From positions 35,650,001 through 35,714,000 of the forward strand of contig CM069132.1 of assembly GCA_035221665.1 (NCBI GenBank): a DNA stretch of 64,000 bases. The letters are read 5' to 3'. Below are positions 25,601 through 37,600 of this stretch, one piece after another; the first letter of the stretch is position 1, and every line of letters begins with the position of its first letter. Source of the DNA: Okamejei kenojei. Taxonomy: Eukaryota. The position numbers and the translations under genes are program-made. The notes below the pieces were generated by a model, which had not been told where the DNA came from, did not search any database, and was given only the letters and a program-made list of their open reading frames with translations.

Positions 25601-28600
25601 ATTTTATATATTTTTTGGCTAATAGAAATTGGTATGTAGTGAACATAAACATCGTTGATTTTTTTTAAAAATGTCAACATTATTACAGTATGTTCATTTA
25701 CTTTCTTTGATTACCAAATCATATGTACAAGTTTCACAACATAGATACAGTTGACACTTAACAACTTGGTCATGCTGATGAATTCCATGTTATTATTCTT
25801 AAGGGTCCCGTTGGATCAAAGGGTGAACAGGGTCCATCTGGCAGTTCTGGATTCCAGGTCTGATTCTGAACTTCAATGTCTTTTTACTAACATAATATAT
25901 ATAACTTTGTTATAAATAAAACATTCATATAATGGGCATAAAATGGGTAAAGTGATTTTGTCATAAAACATATGTGTGTTGTAAATGTTTGCATGAAAAT
26001 TAATTTAAAATAAATGATTCACATTATTGCACACATAGCAGACAATTGATGTTCATACATATGTGTAAAGCCCCTGTCCCACTTACGTGTGTCCTTGGCA
26101 CGCTAATTACGCGACCTCGTGGTCGCGTTGAAGCGCGACAGTTCCATGAAGGTCGCACGCGACTTCATGCGTCCGTACAGCCCGTGGAGCGCGTGACCTC
26201 ATTTGAAGATGGGCACAAAATGCAGGAGTAACTCAGCGGGACCGGCAGCATCTTTGGAGAGAAGCAATGGGTGATGTTTCGGGTTGAGACCATTCTTCAG
26301 TCTGAAAGAAGAGTCTTGACCCGAAACGTCATCCATTCCTTCTCTCTAGAGATGCTGCCGGTCCCTCTGAGTTACTCCAGCATTTTGTGTCTATCTTCAA
26401 TTTTCGTGGCTCCACTCTTGGAGTAGAAATGGGGGCGGATCTGGACCGCAACGGCCGTGAGCCACAGGCGATCGTTTGCCTGCTTCTGCTGCTGTTGGAG
26501 GTGAGACGTTGCGTCGTACCAGGGTCTTGGGCCTGTCCCACTTTGGCCGTCAGTTACGCGACAGGTCGGAGGCGCGCAAAGATTTTGTTCGCTACAAAAT
26601 TTCGGAGCACCGCACGATTCCGCGCACAACTCCATACCCCTCCTCACTTCTCAGTGGGACCGGCCCCGCGCGGCCACATGATGCACGTGCGCCTCAACGC
26701 GACGATGAGGCCGCTTAATTTGCGTGCCAAGGACACGTAAGTGGGACAGGACCTTAACTCGTAGAATTCGGCTTGATTTTGCTGCAGCAATTAGAGAAAT
26801 AATAATTGAATCATTTTTCCAAATGTTTGTTTTGCTTTGCAGTAACCTTTAGGTTAATAATGTCAATTATATGTAACAGATTCACTTTGTAAGTTATGAA
26901 AGAGGAAGTTCCTTTAAGAAGTAAATTAATCAGTATGAGGTGAATTGCCTCAACTGGTTGCAGGCTGCAGCTAGCCTACAGTAAACTCCTCTATCATCCT
27001 GGAGCTAATCTAAAATCCATTAGCAACATTTCCATTCCGGCTATATGCAAGTGTTGTTTACCACGCTATAAAAAAACAGATATTCCTGATAAATACCATT
27101 TCATTTATTGACGTAATCTGTTCTCAAAATGACAAAGGAATATTTAAATATTACTGAATGATAAATCACTGATCAGCAACAAAAATTCAGGTTTTTAAGT
27201 GTATTCGCGCTAGTCATAAGCTGCTTACTCAATGGTATCAATGCACACACATTACCATCTGCATGTTCAATTTCCTCTTTGTTCAAATACTTGTTCCACT
27301 GACAAATTATTAGAGGGAATGATCAAATTACATAACACATACATTATCATCTTCAGCAGTATTTTCTACTACCTAATGCTTTCAAAATTTAGTGCAGTTA
27401 CTAAGCACTGACATGCGAGAATTTTCCATTTTTATTCATAATATGAAAAGTCAGTTTAAAGTATTTTATACATATAAAACATTAAAAAGGGGTATTATTT
27501 GTCGTCACCGTGTGATTTTGTCAATATGAAAATCTTTGATATTTGTTAGTACTCTCACCAAATGTTAATGGGGGGTTTTCTCACTGGTACCCTAGGGTCT
27601 ACCCGGTCCTTCTGGTGCAGTTGGAGAACCTGGTAAACTAGGTGATAAGGTAAGGAGACAATTGACTCTCTAATCTATAAAACTTTACATATAAGAAATA
27701 ACATATGATCTAACTATTTGAACCTGAATGTTTTGAAGGGGACGGTAAACATTTATCCAACTAAAGAACTATGGTAAATACTGTACAATACATATGTGAT
27801 TTATGCTCCCCTCACACATGATTGTACTGGAAATTTAATGTCAGACACCCAGTATTTCAGAAGAAGTCTGTTCATAGGCAGCCTGTTTTAAAAGACCATA
27901 ACTGGACTGCAGATAGACACAAAAAGCTGGAGCAACTAATGTAAGCAGCGTTTCAGACTCTAAACGTTACCTGTACCTTTTCCCCAGAGATGCCGCCTGA
28001 CCTGCTGAGTTGCTCCAGTTTTTTTGTGTCTATCTTTGGTTTAAACCAGCATCTGTAGTTGCTTCATACACATTACGAGACTGCATGCAGTTTTGCTCAC
28101 TTGGCTCTCATAATCATAGTTGGATAAATGTAGCCAGATAATTTTTTTTAACAGATTCCAAGCAGTGCCTTGAAGACCAAGAGGTCTGATCACATTATAG
28201 GAAATACCCTTGGGAGCATGACCAAAGGTTCACAAAAACAGCTCACAAATCTGTGATCTTGATCTCACTAGCAGTGTGTACACATGCAATAGGACGAGAA
28301 CAAAATGCATCCTCCTACATCTGGTTATCAAAATCAGCAAGTAATGAATTAATCTTTTCTGCTAGTCTTTCATCAGTGAATTACAGCTAAATGCTTTAAC
28401 ACTAGTTACATTTGTGCAAATTTAACTCTGTTGAAGACATTTTATTCAGATTTTCATCGTCACTATCTGTGTGATGATTTAAAGAAACAAGCCTGTCCAA
28501 TTTTCAATGCTTTGATTTCAATAGCAAGAAAATCAGATGGATTGTCTAATCCACAGGTCTACTCTGCTGGATGGCACTTCCAGCTGCCATTTATGTTCTC

Positions 28601-31600
28601 AACATTCACGCTGGCCATCTTATTTTATTACTGTTCACTATATATTTTTAGGAGTATCGTTTCTTTTTTGAAACATATCTCATGAATCCAAATGGGTTGA
28701 TTTTAACCAGGCCGAAACAGAGGGAAAGCACATCTTAGTTGACAGATATAGTTGGTAGCATATTTGTTTATTTTGGAATTTGAAATTATATTTTTATGAG
28801 CATTGTGATGTTGAAACATCTTCCTTATCCCTTTCTTATTTCATCACAGGGTCTGCGTGGTGACTTTGGTAGTCAAGGTGCTTCTGGAGCCAGAGTAAGT
28901 TCGAGTTTCTTTTGTGCTTTTGACCACTGAAATAGCTTAGCAAAATAGCATCATGATTACAGCAATTTCTTCATATTTCCCTACTTAGGGTGAGCGAGGT
29001 CTCCCAGGTACACGAGGCAGTGCTGGTCCTCAAGGTATTACTGGTGCCCGTGGTCCCACAGGTGCCCCTGGTGCTGATGGTGGAAAGGTACGTTGAAAGC
29101 AAATAATTTCATTGTTGCTGACCTTCTGAAAGTTCTTTGACAACATGAAAGGTTTCTTGCCTTGCATTATGCAATCTAAGCACAAAAGTCACAAACTTTG
29201 TATTTGATCCAAGTAAATTCACTGAATAGCTAATTAGTGATTTGTTACATTATACCAGAATATTTTCACAAAATGATCATTTGTTTTCAAAAATTTACTC
29301 TGAATGTAAGTTCTACTGCAGTTTGTTTTACTTGCTCTATATAGTGCTGAGTTTAAATAAATGCATCATTAGTAGGCAAAAATAATTTGAAGTATATTTT
29401 CCTTCAGTCTAAAGATCATATTAATTATATTTGAAATGAGGGTTTACTCGTGGTTGCAGTAAAGTAACCACTCGACCATTTAAGTAAAAGCATATTTGTA
29501 TATCATCATGTTTAATGCACTGTTAAATAATTATATTTTTCCCACTCAGAGATTATTACATTTTGCAAAGACTCAGTAGTTAGGGCAATTGTGAATTTGG
29601 TTGAGTAAAGTTAGGTCCAATAATACCATATCCTATAGCTTAATTTTATTAAGGAAACATATCTTAAAATATATAGAAAGTACTGGAAACAAAAATTGTT
29701 GCAATAAATCAGCACAAAACAACAAACTGGCCAAATGAAGACTATGATAGCTCTCCTCATGCATCGCCCTCGCCTTTGATCGGAGGTTATTCCCCCCCAC
29801 CTTTCACTGAATTAAACTGCATTCCCAACATAGCTGCTCCATTTGTATGAAGTTAAATATTTTTTTACTTCAGTAACTCATCACCCTTTATTTCCAACAA
29901 GCTATTGGCTAGTTAGTTATATTATTTTGTTGGGGAATTATCATTTCCCATAGTTTTTATTGAATTTATTCAAGATAATTTACACTCATCTTGTCATGGA
30001 TGCAAAGGAGAAAATATTTAAATCGCCCAATTTTTCTGATCATCAGGCAGATTTTTTTGAGAAATACTGGCAGGCTCAAGGTTTCTACACATGCAGGCAC
30101 AGATACTGAAGTCCCAAACTCCCGTGGTCCTTCACTTATGCATCTACAACTGAGTCCAGTGTTGAAGTGCAAAATTGCAGCAATCACCTCTGGTGCAGGA
30201 AGTTCCCTCCATTAAGTCAATCACATCTGGTTTAGGGAGCTCTCTCAATTGAGTCAATGGAGGAGGATGTCTTCAAAGGAACGAACAAAGTATTCATAAT
30301 TTTAGTTATTTTTAATTGCCTCAATGAAGATGAATATTTTTAATTTTTTAACATTTAGCTTGTTCACTTTTTTTAAATGTTTAAATAATTTTTCAATTTA
30401 TATTATCACAGAGGGTCATGCACCCGTGAGCCAATCATCAAGCACTTATTTACACAAATCCAATTTTCATTCTTCCCTCATCCCCATCAACCTCCTCCAA
30501 ATGTTATCACTCACTTACACACTGGCGGCAATTTACAGTGTTCGATTAACCTATCAACCCACCTGTTTTTTGGACTGGGAGGAAAGCAAAGCACTCTGGG
30601 GAAACCTATACATTCACTGAGAGAACACCAAACTCCACACAAACGGCACTGAAGCCTTGTTACTGAAGATGTGAGGCAGCAAGTCTGCATGATGCACAAC
30701 ATGCCACCCAATCATTTAATAGTTTCCCTCGTGTTTTAAATGGTTTCAACTTTTAATGTTAGTTGAGTTTTTTTTATTGTTGAGTAGTTAGATTTTTTTT
30801 TAAAATTATGAACATCTCAATGATAGAAGTATTTATAGCGATTCACAGCTTTGATGATTAGTTAAGGTCAGGGCATAGGTTAGCTGGCTGTCAACATTTT
30901 ACACAGGCTTTTGTTGCTGGCCCAGCCCTCAGCCTTCACCCCACGTAATTTGATTTCTGTACAGACTCCACAACCTCGGCACTGAGGTTGGAACCAGCTT
31001 CTTCCACCAAACACACACCAAAAGTATGCCTAAAATTAACCAGGACCTATGATAGCGGAAAAATAGGCAGGTCATTCCTGCCAGCAAGATTCTGGCCCGC
31101 GTTTCAGTCTTCCATCTGCAAACTGCACTGGTGTTCATCTGACTCCTTTGTACAGACTCTGCCAATTTTCAGTCACACACTTTTTTGCATATGACAACTT
31201 GGTCCTACTTTGCCATTAAAATATCTTTGTAACAAGAAGCAAATGATTTCCAGTTATTAGATTACAAAATATTGACTAACACACAGCAATATTGTTCATT
31301 GTCCCCAATTAGGGTGAAGCTGGTGGTACTGGACTTGTTGGTCATACAGGACCTCAAGGTTCTCAGGGTATGCCAGGTGAAAGAGGTGGTGCTGGAGGCC
31401 CTGGCACAAAGGGTGAAAAGGTAAATCTTCATCAATCTTTGGTGAAGTTAATTTTCTTTAAAAATGTATAATTTTCTTACATGCTTTATGTCTTCCTAGC
31501 TAAGTGTAAAGCTTGATTAGTAACTGTGTGGTATCCACCAATCTGAATGAAAACTACTGCTATTACATTGTATGCTTCCTGTTGATTGCTTGGTCATTCT

Positions 31601-34600
31601 ATATTCTCCACAAATGTACAAAACCATGAACAGTCTTGAAAGTATTCTCTTAAAAAATGTATGGGATGTTAAAGTGCAATAATAATGCTTCTTACTGTTA
31701 CATTAGTATCATCTTCTGACTTATTGTATGTGTCTTTATAGGGTGACATTGGTCCATTTGGTCCTCAAGGAAACCCAGGCATGGATGGTCCACGGGTATG
31801 TCTCAGATGACAATTATTTTGCCTCTTTTGTTTTTAATACCTCTTTATCCTGAAAGTACAAACCACTGAAACTGATGGCTTCGTACCTCTCCTATTCTGT
31901 AGGGTGCTGTCGGTCCTGCTGGTGCTCCTGGTCCTGCCGGCCCACCTGGTGACAGGGTAAGTTTCTGAAAACCTATATCGATCAGCTCTTGTCATCTTTA
32001 CCATAACAATTTCTCTTCTCAAGTTCTCGTACAATTTTGCTATCCAGGTTACAGTCAATCATTGCCCGGCGAACCTAAATCTAATTTGAGGAAGGTGCAC
32101 TCGATTTCTGTGAGATTTAGTTTAAATGTCTAGGAAACTATTTGCAGTGCACAAAATGAAGACTAACATAAGAGGAATGGAGAGCAGAGAGATCCAGGAG
32201 TTCTTGTCCATGCTGAAAGTACCAAGACAGCTTAGCACAGTGATTAAGATGGCTGAAAGAACACTCGCTTTAATACATCAAGGCATGCAATATAAAAATA
32301 GGGAGGTAATGGTCAAATGTATAAAGCATTATAAAGCATGTATAAAACAATCTGTACAATTATGCAGTGTTGGCTCGAAGGGCCAATTGGCCTCCTCCTG
32401 CACCTATTTTCTATTTTCTATGTACTCTGTACAGATCTGTCCACTGTAGAATTATGGACAACATATTAGAGAGAGCACAGAGAAGATTGATGTGGGTGAT
32501 ATGGTGGTACAGCTAGCACGACATGGAGCTGTGTGGTGCTATTGCCTCACAGCTCCAGAGACCTGGTTTGAAAACTGACCTCGGTTGCTGCCTGTATGGT
32601 GGGTGCATATACATTCCAATGGCAATCTCCCTGTCACTGCATGGATTCCTGCAAAGTACTGTGGTTTACTTTTACTTCTTAAAGATGAGTTGGTAGGTGA
32701 GTTAACTATTATAAATGTAACCCATATCATGACAAAACAACCACAGGGAAGTTGATATGAGAGAGAATAAACTGTTGGGAAAATTGGTCAGGGAATGGGG
32801 CTGCTGGTATTATTGTGCTGGGAGCCAGCATGGACTCAGTGGGCTTCATATCCTCCTTCTGTGTTATAATAAGTAAGTGGCCAGGGTTGGAGAATGTTAG
32901 ATGTGAGTAGAAATGACCTATGCTGGAGATGTAACTGAGATATATAAAATCATGAGATATCTAGGCAGCTGAACAATGTAACATTCCTTCACACTTTGAG
33001 CACAAAAGTCAAAAACATAGATTTAGCGCACTTTGTCAAAGAATTAGACAATATTTGGGGATCTGGAAATTACTGCCTGAACATGGAAACTCATAACAAG
33101 GGTTATGAATCTTTGAAATTTGCTACCCCAAATATTAGGCTCAATAAATACATTCGCCCTTGAAAGAGGCATATTTGCCAAATTTATTAAATCAAGAATC
33201 ATGTGGAACCAGTCGGGAAATGGAGTTTGGGTTCAGATCAGTTATGATCAGGAATGGTGCCGTATTTCTTGTGTTCTTGTTGGAAAATAGAGTAACATGT
33301 AGAATAGCACGAACACAGTGAGCCGAATGGCCTCTTTCGGTGCCTCAAATTTCCATGATCATTAAATTGATTGTTCTTCTGTGACAGCCAACATAAACAC
33401 TACTGTTCATTTGGATCATGGACAAGATTTCCCTATCGTGATAGTTTTCATTATATCACTTTTTTATTCCTGTCATCAACTAACTTACGTTTTCTTCTTC
33501 AGGGTGAATCTGGTGCCTCTGGCCCACCTGGAGCAGCTGGTGCTCGCGGGGCTCAAGTAAGTAAAGAATGCAAGAGATATTGTGTTCCTCTCTGTTTTGT
33601 GCTGTGGCGTAGGATTCCCTTGGGGCCTGCAGGAGCAAATTAAATAACTGCTGGGTAAATGGCCCGCAAGACTTACATAGGGGCTAGAGCAGAGCACATA
33701 AAGGGAGTGAGGATGGTATGGCACCTTGGCTATTTCAAAAAGCATGGATAGAGAAGCACAGAGTTGGGGTGAGGTCTTGGATCAGAAGGAAGACTCAAGG
33801 TGATTGTTGGGCACCGATGTTCATTGGTGGTAGCTGGGGAGATGATTCTGGTTGTCAATTAGTTAGGCTGTCGGAGAATGGGTAAGGAGGCATTCTGGTT
33901 GGGTGATTGGTGGTGTGGTATTTAACTTATCAGCAGCAAGCCCAGATTGAATAATTGGTGAAGCAGGAGGTTCTTATGTTATAATTTTGGGGCACATTGA
34001 TGTGATGGTTTGGGTGATTTGTGGTCAGTAGGTATGAGGTGAGTGGAAATCGGGTGACATGGTTCACCAGTTGGGAGGTTTGGAAATCAGTACAATAGGC
34101 AGGTAATGTGGGATCCTAAAGGAGAAATGGTAATGTAAAGGAGATCCACCTCAGCCAGGTTCCTAGCCTCAACTAGAATCTGCATGGGACGGTTCACTTT
34201 TCAGGCTGCAGAAATAGGTTGGGTATTTGTGTTAGGAGCCTGCTTCTGCAGAAGAGCACCCAGATCTCTTCAACATGAATTAAAATCCACAAGGTGGTAC
34301 CTGAACATCCATTGCATGCTTTTGGACACCACCACACATATCCAGGTTGCTTTATGCACCACTGGTTTAATGCAAGAGGGAACCCAAAATGGAAACTGCA
34401 GATTACATAGTTCACACAGTGTGCCATTGATCTTTGTTCATGTTACATTTTTCACCAGAATTAAATCATGTAGATCTCAAATTGCTGCCCATATATTTTT
34501 AACCAATTGTTAAAAATGCACCATAAAACCGCAATAGAATTGCAATACATTTCCAATTAGCCCTATTTCTAAGACTTTTTTCAGGCTGCTCTATGAAGTG

Positions 34601-37600
34601 GAATATTGGTGACATTATTTGCTTTGATCTTCTGCCCAGGGAGAACGTGGAGAGGTTGGTCGCAGTGGTCCCACTGGATTTGCTGGCCCTCCTGTAAGTC
34701 TGAAAACTCCTCCAATTTATTTAATGATTTTCATTTCATTTAATACCAGGCTCTTACACTTGTATGTTGTTGATTATTTTTTCTCACTGTACAGGGTGCA
34801 GACGGACACACTGGACTTAAAGGAGAGAAAGGTGTAGCTGGTGCTAAAGGAGAAGTCGGCTCTGCCGGTCCTGTGGGACATCCTGGCCCAGCTGGTGCTG
34901 CGGTGAGCCACTGAATCTAAGGCATTAGACTAATGAGCAATCCTTGTTGCAATTTTTAAAGCTGTGTTGAAATTACAAAACTTTCCAATCCATTTAACTA
35001 CTTTTGTCATTTTGTGATACCAACAATTATGAGATTGAAGGGTCTGAATTCCCTCAGATTAGTTTACATTGGAATAAATTATTGAGATGCTAATAAGCAA
35101 ATTAATTCTAGTAACATCATAATTTTTCAGCCACTGACACCAAACATTTTATTTTTCTTAATGTGTGCCTCAATATTCTATCCACAGAATTTAGCTGGTC
35201 ATGGTCAAACCCAAGTAAAGATTTTGTGATGTGATCTTATGATTGAATAACGATTCGATGAACACAGTTTCCTTGTTTCAGCATTGCTGAGCACCCATTT
35301 AGGCTATGAAAATCACACGCGTCACCTCACTGCAGCAGTTTGCTGAATTATTTCATTGTTAGAATCAAGCACTCTTTTACGAGAGATAACACCTAACAGA
35401 TATATCACACTTTCTTTATGAAACAAGTGTGCCAGCTAGAAGAAAGTGGTAGTACTAAAAATACATGTCACATGACCACTAATATTTCTGTTAAGGTCCT
35501 TGAGTGAAGATTTTTGTCTCAAGTGCAATCAGTCACAGAGCTGATGACACGTGAATTCTCTCTTGTCTGTTGGATCCACTCCTAACTCTGTATCAGAATA
35601 TCTTGAGTTCTAGAAGAAAGCTCATTTTGTCACTTGTTAATAGGAGTTCTTTCTCATGGCATAATAACTTGCAATCATCTTCTGCCTGTACTTATTGAGA
35701 AAGTGGCATGAGCAATAAGATAGATCCACTGGAATCTTTTTCCTTTTCAAACGTCCAGTAATGCAACTTAAAATAGAAATATTGAGTCAGTTGCCTAGGA
35801 AACGTCCATTTTCTTAATAAATTATGTGCTGGCATTGACTTGCTGTCTGCAAATTTATTCAGTAAAGCCTTTTAGGATTAATGTGTATCATTCAATGATG
35901 CATGCATTGACCCCTTCACCCTTGGGCTATATATTGCCACACCTATTAGTGTTGCTCCTCTAACAAAGCAATAAAAGGCACAAAGCTCTGGAGCTATTGA
36001 AGAGTTGTGAATTGTGAAGCTTGAGGAAGGAATATGGGTGGAAGGGTTGGGGGTATGGGTGTTCACGTGAGGCACAGGGAAGGGAGGGGGGGTGGAGAAA
36101 GGCAGGCAGGGAAGGAGAGGGGGGTGGTAGTTACAGAAAATTGGAGTGTTCATACCATTGGGATGTAAGCAGCCCAAGTGGAATATAAGACGCTGTTTCA
36201 CCAGTTTGTGTGTGGCCTCTCTCTGGCAATGGAGGGGGCATTGGACAGAGTGGTCAGTATGTGAATGGGAAGAGGAGTGCCGTAGGTCCAAGCACAGCTG
36301 ATTGTATCACAGAAAACACATCAGCAGGGTAGGACTGGAATATTGTACGTTACATAAATATATATTAACTGTGAACACAACAGCCCTTTATGTTAATAAC
36401 TAATTGCATTTCTCTCCTTAGGGTGCTTCTGGTGAACCTGGTCTACAAGGGGCAATGGGTTCAGTTGGTCCCACAGTAAGTTAAAAAATAATTACACTGC
36501 AAATATTTAATTTAGTAAAAAGGCTGAAATGTTTGGGATTGGGGTCTTAATTTAAATGTAAGGAATAGGTCATTTAGTTCGGATAAATTTTCACTTTGGA
36601 GGGTTATGCGTGTTCTGTTGATGAGTATGTTTAAGATTGAGATTGGTAATTTCTTGTATACAAAGTGAATGTAGAGGTACAGAGATGGGGTGCAAAGATA
36701 ATATATAACATGATCTCATTGAATGATAGAACAGTTTGGTATCCTAATCCTTCACCAACTTGAATAATTGCCTACCATTAGCTAATTTCGCAACTGCTTT
36801 ATTAATTCTAGGGTATGACCGGCTTCCCAGGTCCCGCTGGCCTCACTGGTGCTCCTGGTCCAGCTGTAAGTCATTGTAACATTCAATAATAATGTTCAAA
36901 CAAGATAAATTTGATATGCTGTGTTTAAGTACTTAGTGTCAATAATATAAATAATATTGGGATTTTGTATATGGGACACGTTTTATATTTGGCAGTGAAA
37001 CCCACACCAAATTTCAGTATTCATGTTATTCATTCTTAAACTCAGATTTTTTTTGCATTTATTACCAAAGATTAGATGTGAAGGAGATTCAAGAAGATAA
37101 TTGGATAGATTACTTCACATCCTCTTATTCTGGATGATCTGTAATTCTCGACTGCCCTAAACAAGAACTACAACTTTATGTTTAATCAATATCATGCAGG
37201 TGTTTGTTCTAAACCTCATTTAGCTCTAGGGGTCATGAAGCAGGGGGCAAGCTGGGCCATGGTCCCACTAACTGCACCCTAAAAATCATTAAATACATGA
37301 AGGAAATGCATATTTGCATTTAATACATGTGCTTGCATATTTGCGTCTAATATATATACTTAACAAACCCGCTACCAAAGCAGTCATCAAGCACATGTCA
37401 GTCTTAGGTTAGACTGCTAGCTTAATTGCAATCGTCGAAAACCCCAGATGAAGGAGGAAAAAGAAAATCAGGAACTAGGTTCCTTAATGTTCCTCAAACA
37501 TTTGAAGAAGAAAAGAAAGTAAAGTTAACGTTTCAGGTCCATTATCCTTTTTCAACCTGATGAAGGTCAAAAAGTTAAAACATTCCTCTTACTCAGATGG

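Noticed and set aside
28856-28864. RGD motifs (exons 21, 30 and 40)
   Set aside because: Several cryptic RGDs are normal in alpha2(I), so this is not unusual.
33612-33656. Possible decayed extra exon after exon 35 (GFP..GPAGAN)
   Set aside because: Only 2-3 triplets, frameshifted, with a stop and no 54-bp frame; compatible with chance.
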